Under the pieces are notes generated by a model. It was not told the origin of the DNA. It did not search any database and saw only the letters and a list, made by a program, of their open reading frames with translations. Both the position numbers and the translations under genes were made by a program. A DNA stretch of 63,585 bases, the filler included, from Nemertoderma westbladi (taxonomy: Eukaryota; Animalia; Xenacoelomorpha), in the NCBI GenBank assembly GCA_032718475.1. It is 3 parts of 3 records of this genome, joined end to end, with 100 filler letters (N's around TTAATTAATTAA, not from the genome) between each part and the next. Parts side by side here need not be neighbours in the genome. Positions count along the whole stretch, not along the records: positions 27,918 to 55,922 come from JAUCBJ010001409.1; 2 more parts are not named here. One strand, given 5' to 3'. This document shows positions 37,228 to 51,528 of the stretch, piece by piece. Within the stretch, counting starts at the first letter, position 1. Every line of letters starts with the position of its first letter.

Positions 37228-40122
37228 CGTCACCTTCAAGGCTGCAAGGCAGAACCCCCTAAGTCGATTTTTTTCGATTTTCATGTTTTTGACTTTTTGG
37301 GTAATTCGATATCGGCTTTTTCGTCTGGCAGAACCCCGAAGCTTTTCTACCAGCCATTTTTGAGTTATAAGCCAAAGACAGTTCCCCGTAACTTATGCCC
37401 ACTTCGAGGCAGAACCCCACAAGTCAATAATTGGCTTGCAAAACACCGTAAATTCAAGTATATGAAATTCAGTCCACCTGGCAAAACCCCTTAAATCAGA
37501 AGTAACAACCTGTGAAACCCCTTAAATCAGAAACAATAGCCTGGCAAAACCCCGTAATTTATCATTTATATACTTGTTTGTATTGCGGCTAGGACACAAA
37601 CATTATTGATGGACACAAACATTAATGAGGGACACACATTAAGGGGCACAAAACATTAATAGGGGTCCATGGTTGCCAATGGATATTAATATGAGCGATG
37701 GTGATGCTTGCCATCAGACGATCAGATATTAAGTGATTAACTGAAAAAATACTGCCATGGGAACGTGAGCTTCGATCAAAGTACCGCCGTTTTGTATACA
37801 TTCCATCTTCCTACTTAGATGGAAATTAATTGAAAGCGACGTTCGGTTACGTTGTTCAGCTGCCTGTTTTGCTGATACCCCCCCCCCCCCCCCCCCCCGG
37901 CTGTTATACCCCCATATTTTCAATTTACCTCCTACCACCACCATTCATGTTACCCCCCCCCCCCATTCCTGTCTCCCCCTCATGTTCATCATTTTTTTAC
38001 TCCTACCCCTTCCCTTTTTAGTAACAACATCGTTTATTGTTTTGGTTAGAAAAACCATCTCTGTAACCTGATCCTTTCCTTCAATGGGCAATAACATAGT
38101 TTATTGATTTGGTCAGATTAATATGTTATTATTTATTGTTGTTATTTTATTGCTTGACAGTAATGAGAATTGTAATACTGTAATATATTGTATGTGTATG
38201 GGTGGTAACAGGAATCATACTAAGTGCCATGGGGGGTAACATGAATCATACTAAGTGCGAAGGGCGATAGTGCCCATTATTAATGTTTGTGCCCTTGATT
38301 GATATCTGTCCCTCGTTTATTGTTTGTGTCCCTCATTAATGTTTGTGTATCTCTTTAATGTTTATGTCCCTCATTAATGTTTGTGTCCCTCATTAATGTT
38401 TGTGTATCTCATGAATGTTTGTGTCCCTCATTAATGTTTGCGTCCCTCATTAATGTTTGTGTACCTCATTAATGTTTGTGTCCCTCATTAATGTTTGTGT
38501 CCCTCATTAATGTTTGTGTACCTCATTAATGTTTGTGTCCCTCATTAATGTTTGTGTACCTCATTAATGTTTGCGTCCCTCATTAATGTTTGTGTCATTC
38601 GTTTATTGTTTGTGTCCCCCATTAATGTTTGTATATCTCATTAATGTTTGTATCCCTCATTAATGTTTGTGTACCTCATTAATGTTTGTGTCCCTAATTA
38701 ATGTTTGTGTACCTCATTAATGTTAGTGTCCCTCAATTAATGTTTGTGTCCCTCATTAATGTTTGTGTACCTCATTAATGTTTGTGTCCCTCATTAATGT
38801 TTGTGTCACTTATTAATGTTTGTGTCCCTCATTAATATTTGTGTCCCTCATTAATGTTTGTGTCCCTCATTAATATTTGTATCCCTCATTAATGTTTGTG
38901 TCCCTCATTAATGTTTGTGTCTTATATCAATGTTTATGTCCCACATTAATGTTTGTGTCCTACATCAATGTTTATGTCCCACATTAATGTTTGTCCCCCT
39001 GATTAATGTTTGTCCCACATTAATGTTGTGGCGCTGATAAATATCTGTCCCTCATTTAATGTTTGTATCAAAGTTGCTATAAGTTACTCTAGGTTGCCGG
39101 ACTTTTGGACAATTTGGTCAGCAACTAGCAACGTAATTTGAGTAACATTAACTTTTAGTCTCGGTTATATGAGGCATCTTTTACAGCAACAAACTTCGCG
39201 TTTACATAGAGCAACTTGATCGGCAACCTGACATGCTCACTAAGTTGCTTATAGAGTTGCTCAAAATGTTGCCACGTACTGTAGAAAAAACAGGTCTTTA
39301 ATTATTCGTCATGACGTACTGTAAGTGAACATTACTTTAACTTTAAATATTTTGTACTTAGAGTTCCGCTTTCTTGAATCTAAATTTTGTTCTTATAGTT
39401 CTGCATTTGGCTACATTTTGTTCAATTTGTATTGATACATGATTATAACTACAGTCCCGTACTTATTTTAGATACTTATTTTAGAAGCAATTAATACCAA
39501 AATATCAAAAACTTATGGAGCCCTTTAGAATTTTGAATTCAAAAATGTCCAACATGTGCGCAAGTGTGTTAGCTATATTGTATGTGATTATTTGTTATTT
39601 TTGCGTTTACAGGTAATACTAACACCTGATCGTGTGCTAGTTGTTAACATGTTAGATAGCACGTATTAGCTAATAACAAATGCGCACATGTATTACGTTC
39701 GCACTACGCACTAAATAATTAAGGACGCACGATACGCCTTGGCTATTATTTGAAATATTTTGCGTGTTTTTTGTAAAAATTCGGACTTTATGGTGTTTTG
39801 CCTAATTGAGGATACCTTGTTTTCTAGGCAATACCCCGCAACTATCGTATAGTTACGGGATAATACCAGAAAACGGTGTTCCCCCTTGTTTTGGCAAAAC
39901 ACCATAAGTCAGATTTTTTACAAAAAAACCGCAATATATTTCAAAGGTAATTCTAAATCAAATTGAAAGTTTAGTTATACTGTATGAATTCTATATATAT
40001 TTAGTTATCAAAAAACACAATAACAAGTAAACTGAGGCATCTCTCTAAAAAATAAACAGTTTTTATCGATTATCTCAAATCTACAAAAATCGACTTAGGG
40101 ATGTTCTGCCTTGAAGGTGACG
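37228..40122. mobile_element. Non-autonomous DNA transposon with ~38-bp TIRs and 4-bp TSD (TGGT)
   Basis: cgtcaccttcaagg...cagaac...ctaagtcgattttt versus aaaaatcgacttagggatgttctgccttgaaggtgacg; tggt at 37224-37227 and 40123-40126. Confidence 0.8.
38275..39065. repeat. 19-bp minisatellite, ~40 copies
   Basis: Unit cattaatgtttgtgtccct; a few inverted units at 37591-37660. Confidence 0.95.
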
Positions 40123-41320
40123 TGGTGTAGTTGCCATTCAAAAATCTAAAAACTTTAACATTTGGCCAGTACTTCTATCAATTACTAGAAAGCCAGCAAG
40201 CTGGCTTTAAACGAACCTGCCTCTCAAACCAGTACCCTGAGTGAGCGAAAATGAAAATACGAAAATTGCCATCAACTCAACGATAGAAACACCAGCTGCT
40301 GGTACTCATGAGGGCCTAGTAACTACTATTGATTGAATGGATAGCCCAAACTGCAGCGAAGTATATTACTTGCCAAATTTATTACTATATCACTCTAACC
40401 CAGACAGTAATCAAACATCAACTGTAAGTTTGTATAATGTATTACCCCACCAGATGAATAGCTCTTCCCAGTGAATCCTATGACAATAATCCTTAAGGTT
40501 ACTCACTGCTATGTTAGGTGGGAGGGAGTTGATGATATAATGAATGAGGGGGACCCAACTAACACTACGTTTGTCTATGGAGGGTCTCCTTACAGCCAGA
40601 TGGCTGGCTTTTCTAGTTGAATCATATTATTTCGCAACTAAATAATTTACTCTCTTAGACGAATTTGTGCGTTTTTTTGCCGGACTAACAAATTTTGGCG
40701 ACGTTCTGTGCGAGATTGGCGATATTTGAAAAGATTCTGAGGCTCAAATATGTTGCTCAGATGACTGAATATCTCAAATAAAAAAGTTGGTGCATACTCG
40801 ACGAGTTGAAATCGGTGAAATTCGACTTTAAATTTTCAAAACCGCTATTTTTCAGTGACCCCGTGATCGAAACGCCACAAAAAATATACAGTCTTGTGAG
40901 CAACCAAAATTTATGGAAAGTTTGTTATTAAAATTTTTGCGTACTTGCTTGAGTTTTTGAGATATTGGATGGTTATACATATACTGTATATATATATATA
41001 CAATACACACACACACACAACCACATCGTGTTTTTGAACGGCTCAACTCCCTGACAAGAACTACCCTGGCCTATTAATAGGCAGGTTCGTTATAAATCTT
41101 GAGAAGAGAAAACGAAGACGGTTCAAAAATTTAATTTTGATATCCCTTTATGGAAAGTACTGTACAAGCCTAGTTTTAAAACTCTGTTAACTCATGTTGT
41201 TCAACTCATTTCATTAATACGCAATAATTAAACGCATATAACAATTCAAATTAAGGTCGTTGCATTTGTTGCTGATCTCCCAGCGAAAGCCGACTCATTA
41301 AACATGATACACCATAATGG

Positions 41321-41980
41321 TCTCCCAATACCAGCCACACGAGCCAACATTAATGATCATTTTGTCAAGAAAATATGGCAGAATGTATCTCGAGTGAAGG
41401 ATCGAGGTTTTACTGTGCGAGATGTTCCTTTGGATGTTACAGGTGTAGTTTGGCGTTCCATATGTATGCCATCTATAATGTATGGGAATGGTAATATTGA
41501 TCTTTCTGATACAGAAAATGTTAACAGAACCCTCAGGAAAGCAATGCGATCACTGCTGGAAGTTGGAAATTATGTATCAAATGCAACTCTCAATGAAATA
41601 CTTAGAGTTGATGATGTGGATGATCTTGTGGTATATAGCAAAAGTCGACTAATATATAGCCTATTCAATTGTGGAAATCAAAAAGTCATTTAACTATTTG
41701 GCATAACACTAAGTGAACACTTAAGTGGAATCTGTCAAGATAACTTGTTTGCGGGTTATGAAATCGGAAGCTGGAAATACGGATTACCTAGTTTACAAAG
41801 CCTAGTGACGAGCAAATATAACATAAAAGCATGTATAAAAGGATCCCGACAACGGAATAAGACTAAAATGACATACAAAGACACTTTTAGTTACTTATAT
41901 CTTACAGCAATTCTCGATGACCAAACACACTCACCCACAGATAAACATGAATCAATTCTAGCATATTATGGGGTGTAATG
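41321..41980 (+). mobile_element. LINE ORF2 C-terminal remnant
   Basis: VWRSICMPSIMYG...RSLLEV...SNATL pattern follows the RT thumb in LINEs; possible (AATG)n tail near 45831-45845. Confidence 0.55.
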
Positions 41981-42754
41981 ATACGCAATGTTGAAAATGC
42001 ATTTGTTCTCTAACGTTACTTTTTAAAGAAAATGTCTGTCAAGCTCTTTAAATTATTAGCTTTAATGTCAAGTCAATATCTTTATATTGCACATGTTGTA
42101 GTTAAATTCGTAATTTCTAAGCGTATACTATGCCATACTATATTTGCTTACACACTGCAATTATATATATGATTTGAGTTTAAGTGAAATGAATATTAGA
42201 ACTATATGGTTCTTTATCCCATTTATCGACTTTTTCTACCTCAGGAGCGGTATCCAAGTGTACATATCCTTATATTCAATTATCGGGCGTAACTACTGTA
42301 TGTCAACAAATATCATCATATGCAATGTGCATTCGCATTGTATTTGATTTCTAAATCGTAGCTTAAAATTAACCCAGCAAAACCCAGACATCTAAAAACT
42401 CGAGGTAATTTATTAATATTTTCAGAACTAAGTCCAAATGGTCTAACTTAAACAAGTTTCAACACCAGTATCAAAACTTTAACCAATCTCGATTTATTAG
42501 GTAGGGTACAAATGTAGTACTTGGGCGCTATGGAGGTATTTATATATTCATAAAAATAACACCAATTTGTTTATAAAGGATAATATAAAGGATGTTATTA
42601 ACTACTTTGGTGGGTGTAGAATTGAGTATACACAAAAGCAAATGTTTAAAAAAGTTTTTAATCTAAAATTGAGTTAAAAATTTCAAGATAATATAGTATT
42701 TGTAGTGTCCACCCCCCCCCCCCCCCCCCGGGTCCATTACTTCAAATAGCAATT

Positions 42755-44787
42755 GTAAGGATAGTAAGGATCCAGGGGGAAGCCGGGAACTCTCCGTGTC
42801 GGCCTGGCTGGGGACGCTAAACAGGGGCAGTTTCTCAAGGAGTGGCGATTGGACAATTGGAAGCGGCAGATATCGATGTGAAGCCGAGCGCTGAAGTCGA
42901 AAAGAACTCCGGCGAGTTCACGCTGCTGAGAGAGCGCGGAATGGACAGGTAGGTGAGAGAAAATAGAGTCCCGATGGAGGACGGCAACAGGTTCACAGGA
43001 GCCAAGGTCGCCTAACTGGAAGGGGGTAGGAATAATGGGTTTCCAGTAGGGCTCGATCGGAGCTCCGGCCTCCGGCTCCGGCCATTTTGGCACCTCCGGC
43101 TCCTGCTCCGGCTCCGGTAAAAATATTGCCGGAGTTAATTTTTTAATAAAGTATTATATTTCGTGCATATTCTAATCTGAACAATTATTTAACACTATAA
43201 GTACTGTAGTACACAGTAGTACAGCTTCAATATCAAGTATAATCTGATAATACTGCAGTATTTACTTAAAGTCAATGACTGACTGTACTGCAGTAGGCCC
43301 TACTGGTACTGGCCAGCTGGCTGACTAGCAGACTGTTACAGATAGGCCCTACTGTCAGACTGTAAAAAATTGTAAATGCTATGATTGTACACTGTCAGAC
43401 TGTACCACTGCAGCCATTTAATGCTGTCATGTCAGCATACTGTACTGCAGTACTGGTACACGTACGGTAGGTTAGGCTACCTACAGTACACACCTCTCCT
43501 CTACCACAGTTAGTGAGTTAGGTACTGTAGGTAATTTTTAGCCGTCAGCGTCAGGCCGTCGCCGTCAGCGTCAGGCCGTCTGTCCGTGATAGATTAATTA
43601 CTTAAGTTTTAAATTGAAAATTCGTAAATCTATAAATTATGAAATTAATTAGACCTACAGTAGGATTGATTATGAGCGATTGGCGAACGATAACCATACT
43701 TTATTTTTTTTTAAATAAATAATTAAATTTTTTAAATTTTGAAAAACTCCGGCTCCTGCTCCGGCTCCGGCCAAATTGTCCAACTCCGGCTCCTGCTCCG
43801 GCTCCGGCCAAATCCCAACTCCGATCGAGCCCTAGTTTCCAGTTGTCAATGCGACTGCGAGCGGGGCAGCCGGGGGAACCCACGGGGGGCCAACTGATAC
43901 CATGTAGGGGGCAGCTGGGAGGCTGGCTTGTGTAGGCTCAGGAACATCGGGATTCACTCCAATGTTGGACGTGCTGTCCTCGTTCTCCTGATCGGGAGTA
44001 GAGCGAGAAGCGAGACTGGAACGCTCCACTCTCAGTTCAAGTTCTTTGATAGTTTCATAGCGTCATTTTACGGCACTCAGACGGGAGTTTTAAGTTTTGG
44101 GCAGCTTGGTCAGCAGCCTGCCGAGCGGCAAATGTGGCCAGTTCGCCTTCACGATCGTGTGATGATTGAGTTTTGTCAAAATGTTCGAGTTCGAGGTTGG
44201 CTTCGAGTTCTTGACGGGCCAATCGGGCAGCCATTCGAGAACTCGCACCCGAGACAATGGACTGTGTACCGGAACGGGTGTATAGGTAGGTTTGCGCAGC
44301 AGTGCTGCAGCGGCATGCAATAGCCGCATGCATTGCACACTGAGGAGATCCACGTCGCCATGTTCTCGGAGTGGCTGACTGACCGACTGTTTGGAGAGTT
44401 TTCATGTGTATCGATGGCGGCGCACTCCAGAATGACGTTGGTTAGGTCTTCTAGCAGATTTAGCGTAGGTACTGCTGCTGCGCTGTCCTTCAATGTGGTT
44501 GCTTACTTATGGTTTGAGTCGTGTTACGCGGGATTTTGCTGTCGTCCTGTTTTGTCCTAGCTGAACTGCAAGTTTATTAGTAGGTGTTGGGTGAAGTGGA
44601 GTAGATTCCAGGCCAATCTGCCAATGCACCATGTGTTGAGCGTCACAATCACAGCAACAATCTTAAGTGGGCATGTAGTGTTTAGACTTGTGACTTGGGT
44701 GAAGGGAGTACAGTTGTAGCGCAGAGTACAGGGCAATGGTTCAGTGGTATTTAAAATAGAGTTCAGACTGTTCTGCTGTTAGAAGCA
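42755..44787 (-). mobile_element. Decayed non-LTR retroelement (Cys-rich ORF1-like region plus ORF2 3' remnant)
   Basis: GC-rich island; Cys/His cluster CNACGYC...HCC...CLGC (PHD-like) in 44176-44493; HSLRNCP near the 3' end; possible agcaatt TSD. Confidence 0.4.
43047..43834. mobile_element. hAT MITE
   Basis: 16-bp TIR tagggctcgatcggag / ctccgatcgagcccta; 8-bp TSD gtttccag (43039-43046 and 43835-43842); subterminal ctccgg repeats. Confidence 0.95.
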
Positions 44788-47700
44788 GCAATTATATTTT
44801 ATTTACAAAAATTCCTGCGTTCAAAAGTTTTGAACTGCATTCAGAAATTTCCAGACTTTGAGACAGGCACAGTCAATCATTCTAATGCCTTGGAATGCTA
44901 GCGGGCTAGTGTAGCCTATTGCTGTATTGTTACTGCTGTACAGGTACCAGTAACTCCTGCATTAGGAAAGTGGTACAGTCTGACAGTGGAAGGTGTAGTA
45001 CCTACTGCAGTACTGTCAGGCCGTACTGTAGTAATATTCTGGGTACCGGTACCTCTGGTCAGCTGGTATCACATACAGATTGTGTCTAAAAGTATCAATC
45101 ACTATGTAGTGCCCAAGCACTACAAATGTAGTCTTCTGTAAATAAGTTGAATTTGCTAGACTAAAGAGGGTAGACTACATGATATTTTATTGTTTTATTA
45201 AATCTCCCATTATCTGACAATAAAAATGTGCCACAATCCCTGTTGTCTATAACAATATAGTTATATAGAATGAAGTAATGCCAATCGATGTCTGAAAAAA
45301 TATATTTCCGATTTTTAGAGTCAATTTAGAAATGCAAATTTTTAAAATTTACCGTTTTTTAAGTGTCAGTCATATAGATGCACCTTTAATTAATCATATT
45401 ATAGCATTATAATAGTTATAGGATATATTAGGTAACTACAGCATTGATTTGAAAACAGTCCATTATGGGGTTACAAATGTAGACGTTGGGCGCTGCTGGG
45501 TTAAGCTTCATTCTATAACAATTTGACTCTTGGTTCGTCCACTATTTGACCATTTAGCAAGTTTCATGTGATTTTAAACTTTTTTTTATATTATATTTTA
45601 CCTGTTGCCATGTAACGTTTCACTGCATTTTGCTCTTAATTACTAATCATACTGTAATACTCTGAAGTGCTTAATACTACATGCATTCTCTTTTTAATTG
45701 CTAGACCCTTTTATATTTACTGTTGGAGCGGATCATACCATCACTGCACCATTACTAACTGTGTTTTATGTAATATTTACCTATTTCGCCAGACCATTTT
45801 AAATATAGCCGCCGGTGGCGTAAAGTCCGGAATGAAATGAATGGCAGAATATGGGTACTATGGCTGTCCAGCGTGCTATATTTATGGTGAATACCCTATG
45901 GATCATCACAAGATGTTATTTCAATATGAAGACAATTGCAGTAAAGTCAGAACAAAAGCGAAACATTCGTTAGATGTCTTACGATTGTGGAAGGCTACTG
46001 AATTCAAGGTTTTTTTGCTTTATATGGTGACCGCGTTACTTCATTTTTCGGATACCAGTCCCCATATTATAATTCTAGTTTCTTGTCTTTCAATTCCCAT
46101 ATATCTTCAATCAAAGAATAATATTTGTGAAGACGAACTTGTAGGGGCGGATTTCTTATTGAACACTTTTAGAAAGCTTGTGGTCGCACAGTTCGGAATG
46201 GCAGCCTCATCTCTTTCTCTCCATGCTTTGTCCCACTAGGTAGAACAAGTTCGTAATTTTGGACCGTTAGGTGGCGTGTCTGCATCTACATTTGAAAGCG
46301 CGTTTCATCACTTGGGGGGCATTAATGTTACCAGTGGTAGTAAGAACGAGGAAAATTTAATTGTTAAACGATTTTTACGTTTCAAATTGCATGCTCTGTC
46401 AAATGTGAACAAGCACTGCCTTAATTTTTTGATAGCAATGGTGTAAATATTGTTGGTGAACTTGGTGGGATAAATATTTATCCATTTGACGCAACACCGC
46501 CGCGGCCGCTATGAGGGAGGTGAATACCGCGGCCGCTCCTAAAGCCGCAGGCCATCGCTAACTATATACAGTAGGTTAACTTGGGATTCTGGGGGACTTT
46601 TCGATGAAGGAACAGACCAAATTTTTTTATTTTCTCACCAGGGGAGCGGCTCGGAATTCTAAGATATTAGCAACTCTAACATTATTAAATCTAACCCTTC
46701 GACGGACACGGCGGACAAAAATCCGTCATTTTTTCGACAATTTTAAAATTTTTTTGAAAGGCGCTCTACAGTGGCTCGAAAAAACCCTAGGTTATTGCTT
46801 AGCCGACGCGGGGATACGATAGAAGGGATTAATTAGTGAATTCGTTTTTTTTTTCAAAAAAGATTACCACGCCTTTTTTCCGAAAATGTCCGTCAAAGTT
46901 GAAAAAACGGACAAAATGACTTTGCGGGATCCGCTATAACTCGGCTAACATTAATCGTACGGGGACGAAAGTAACGCGGTTGGAAAGGGGAAGAGTGGTA
47001 CTACCTTCGTATCGAATGGGGGTAAGATATTTATTAAAATTTCGGGTGGAAAAAAGGGCTGTAAATTTGTACGTTTTTGTCCGTCTTTTTTGGAAAACTT
47101 ATTTCCGAAATGTTTAATTCGACAACGCGGGTAGGAATCCACTAATTATTTTATGAAACTCGTAGAAGACCATTGGAGCTACGTTCCTATCGAATGGGGG
47201 TGCAAAAAATATGTCGCAATAGGGGCCAAAAAGGGCCAGAATTTGTAAAGTAGTTTTTATCGAATAATTTTTTATTTTTAACTTTAGTTGGTTAAGGTAC
47301 ATTCTATACAGTCAATATCCATACGGGGAATTCAAATATGCTATCGGTTTTGCTCCAAGGATGATATTAAAAAAATGAGGGCCAAAATTATAATTTCGCG
47401 CTTCAAACTTGCTTCGCGGGAAATCGTCTAGCTCGAAAACTACTTAACTTACGGGAGATTTGTTTACACAGACTTATAGTGCGTTAAATTATCTATCTAA
47501 CAGCGTTAATCACAGCGCCGGAGGTATTATAAAACTGGAGCGGCAGGCGATCGTGTGAAATATAATATTTATAAAAAGGGACGAAAAATTTTTTTTTTAA
47601 CAAATCGCTATTCCATTATAATTTAGCGTATTGCGCCAAAAGTACCTGTAAAAAGTATCAAATTAACTCCGCTATCTTTTATCTTAACATATATAATTAA

Positions 47701-49848
47701 AATTACGAATTTTAAGGGTCGAAAAATATCGCGTTATTTTGGCCCTTTTTTAAAATTTTTTTGGGGCCAAAAATAACCCCTTCTCAAAAGATTAAGAAAA
47801 AAATTACGGCAAAGAATATACCAATTTTATTGAATTTGGACCACCAGAACCGAAGTTAGAGCGATTCTAGTGAAAAAATAAAAATAATTTTTTTTGCAAA
47901 AAAATTAAGAATGGTCAGGTCAATATTGGATTTCGAACCCGCGAACTTAGGTTTCATTAACGTGATTGATAACCACTAGACTATGTGACCAAGAGAATTT
48001 GAAATTTTCGAGTGACTATTTTTAAACATAAATAACTTCGGTTCTACAGGGCCGTTTAATCTGAAACTTTTTTCACTGGATAGAGGATAGATTGTAGTGT
48101 GTGAAATAGGATACAACTTGGGAAAAGACGCATGTGCACTTAGTGCAAAATGCACTTAAATAGTGAACATTTTTTCGATATTTCAAACACTGTTATTTCC
48201 AGTTCTATTCATCGTAGAATGTTATTTTTTGGATTAAAATGTAGTTTGGAATGATTTCTAACTATAATCGTAACATTTGTTTAACTTTTTATGTCTATAA
48301 AGTGACTTAAAAATGTTTTGTTTAACTTTTTATGTCTATAAAGTGACTTAAAAATGTCCATGAATATGGTCCAAAATCGCAAATCCAGATTTATTAAATT
48401 GGATTTTTGACACTTTTAGCGACTGACACTTGATCATACACCATCGTAGATCGGTAGAGGATAAACATAAGTTTGTAAAATAAGAGCCACCATTACGATC
48501 TGCTAAAGTGTACTTGTACAAATAAGTGTGCAAAAGTGCAAATATTTTAATAAGGTCAAATTATATAGTATTGGGTTCTTTTCTTTGCAGATACTTTATT
48601 TTCATATTAATATGTTGTTTGAACCTTACTGAGCGCATTAGGGGATATGCGTACAAATAACCGGCCCTTATGAGGCTTCGATTGGGTAAATTAATAAAAC
48701 ATAAGGTTGTATAGTATAATATTCTAAAAACCAGTGTGATATTAAATGAACTTTAAATAATAAATAGAAATCAAATAACAATTGGACCACACAATTAAAA
48801 ACTCGCACAATTTTGTACTTATTATATCGCTTCAAATTAATTCAACAGTGGATATTTGTGGGAAGGGGGAAGTTACAGTGTGCATTCGGGGGGAGTTTGG
48901 TGAACTGCATTTATGCAGTGAATCCAAACTTCCCCCTTTGATATATCATATACTTAAGACATGCTAGGGTGACGGGGAAATATTTGTTACTGTCACACTT
49001 TGCTTCAATTTATCCTATCCTTTATTATTACCCCAGTCAGATAAGAGATAATAAATCAGTAAAAACTAAACTAAACTAAACTGTCTTTCATGCAAACAAA
49101 TTTCTAACTAAAGACGGAAGATGAAAATAATTTTAAATATAATTGTATATCAACTATTTGGGGAGGCTTCCAAGTTAAACCCGAAAACAATTATTTTGTT
49201 ACATATATAGTAAATAACGTTGTATGTTCTTCTTCCTCTCATAATAAAATATAAATGAAATATCTCAGATAGCTATGCCCTGTAACATTTCACAACCAAA
49301 ATATTTAAGTGTGAAAAGTGTAGGCCTACCACACTCCGCCCAAACAACCGCAAACGCATAGCCAACAAATTTAACAAAAGGTTACATACATGTTGGGTTC
49401 ATGACGAGATGAGTGAAAATTGATCGCGTAATATAAAGTAAAAAATTAAGAGACGGGCCTGGCTCTCCTCCACTTTCTTACCCAATGGATATGTTGTATA
49501 TAATCTCAATGATCAATCCCAATGGATATATAATCTAATATTGGGGCGGCTTTCTCTCGGTAGTGTAACTTCTTTAACTTCCAACTATGAATATGTATAT
49601 AGTGTTAGTGTTAACATTGCCAGCATTGGTATTATTACTTAAATTGCACACCACATTTCTGTTAATGATGTAATATTCCATGCATTCAATTACCCGAGAA
49701 AAGGCAATTCGGCATCCTTCAATGCCTATTCGAAGTTAGGTGATACAATACTATTTTTGTGTATTCATTATGTTGTACTAGTTGATTATGATGGTTGGAA
49801 ATTGTTTTATTGTCTTTGTACCAAATATAAATGCAATGCATTTACTAA

Positions 49849-50488
49849 ACGGTGACACAGAACCATTTGAAGTGTTATGGGGCGTCCTCCAGGGAGACAC
49901 ACTTGCACCATTCTTGTTCATAATTGTTGTTGACTATGTTCTACGCATGTCCTTAGATCCTCATAATGATGATGGTCGTGATGATAACTCCACCTACTGG
50001 CTCCAGAAGTCGAGGAAATCCTGCCAAGTACCTAACTGATCTAGACTTTGCTGATGACTTAGGAGTACTCTCAGAATCACTAGAGGGAGCCCAACGGCTC
50101 CTCAGCTCATTAGAACATGCTGCTTCTAGTGTTGGTCTTTTTATTAACTCCAGAACGACCAAAATTTTGACAGTTAACTTTGAAAGTCCTCAGCAAGTCT
50201 CTGATCGGATGAGCATAAGCTCAAAAGATGGTATGCTTGAGCATGTGGATGACTTCTGTTACCTGGGATCATGGATCCGGAAGTCAGGTGAGGACCTTCG
50301 AATACGTAAGGGAAAGGCATGGGCAGCCTTGAATAGGCTTTCCAGGATTTGGAAGTCACCGAGAATTAATCGGACACTTAAGGTCCGATTATTTAGAGCA
50401 GCAGTAGTTCCAGTACTCCTCTATGGGAGTCCATGCTGGGCTCTAACTGCTGAGGACAGCAAATCTCTGGATGGCACATTCACAAGAA
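49849..50488 (+). mobile_element. RTE-like LINE internal RT fragment
   Basis: GVLQGDTLAPFLF, DLDFADD, FCYLGS and VLLYGSPCW motifs; near-identical to 61210-61850; truncated at both ends. Confidence 0.9.
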
Positions 50489-51528
50489 TGTCCTTTTGGC
50501 GATTCAGTTTAGTACCGGTATCCGGCGTAGTAGGCTTAGCGTTTAGAATCTCTTTTTCCAACCTTTTTTTTTCTCGACATCTTTGCTGGCGCTGCGAATC
50601 CCTTAATCTCTTGGCTTCTATTTTTGATTTCAGTTCCCGTGTTTGAGGCATTTGTTTCATCTTTTCTCTCTCCATAGTTCTCTTATCCCTCTGCTTTTCC
50701 GTCTGTCGATCCCGTACCTTTTCTTTATAACTTCCTTCTTCCTTTAGCCGTCTCCTATACTTCGCAACCCGTTCTCTGTTCAGACGTTTTGCCCTGTCTT
50801 TAACTGTCTCTTCTGTGGCATTCCCATTACCCCCCTCCAGTCTTATCGTGCATTTCCCTTCATAGTTTCACAGTGATCACTCCTTATTTATTACGCACTT
50901 ACCAGCTTACAGAGTTGATAAATACAGAGTAGTAGTACAGTAGCGTAAGTACTGATGTGGCCTAGCATTACTGTAATTCAGACTGAAAGTACAATAATAC
51001 ATAGCAAACTGAAAGTACTGTTGTAGTAGGCCTACCGTACCATAATGCAAATTCTAAAAATTTTCCATTACACACGTGACATGTGTGTAATGGATTACAC
51101 ACATGACATTAATTATACACATGACATACATACTTTATAGGCTGCTAGATGTAAAGGTACGTCGTATAACTCTTATTAATGGGATTATTTACTGTAGCAA
51201 GCCGTTGCCATGGCTTTTCTAAAAAACATAACTTCAGCCTATATAATCCATTTAATATTAAGATATAGCTGATTGTGTGACCATTACACACGTGACGTTT
51301 ATGCGTAACCATTTGACTTAATAAAGGCCGACTTTGCTGCATTCAAAGCAAGCTATCTTTGCTTCAAATGGTTGAAATAACTTAAAAATGGTTTTAAAAG
51401 TAAGCTGAAAAGATGCTAAATGTAATAAAATAAACGTATAATTTGTTACGGTTTCTTAAGGTTGGCGACTCGTACTGTAGCATCTTTGAAACCATTACAC
51501 ACGTGACAATTATGCTTAACCATTTTAA

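Larger units (their letters stand above)
42373..45500. mobile_element. TTAA-flanked element with CCC...GGG termini (piggyBac-like) carrying nested insertions
   Basis: ttaa|cccagcaaaacccagacatcta versus tagacgttgggcgctgctggg|ttaa; subterminal repeats at ~42507 and ~45107. Confidence 0.65.
41125..46400 (+). pseudogene. EnSpm/CACTA-like transposase remnant split by ~4.5 kb of nested insertions (pieces ~41125-41320 and ~45850-46400)
   Basis: VVAFVADLPAKADSLNMIHHNG resumes as YYGCPAC; later LWKATEFKVFLLY and LHALSH*VEQVRNFGPL...STFES, all motifs of animal CMC/EnSpm transposases. Confidence 0.7.
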
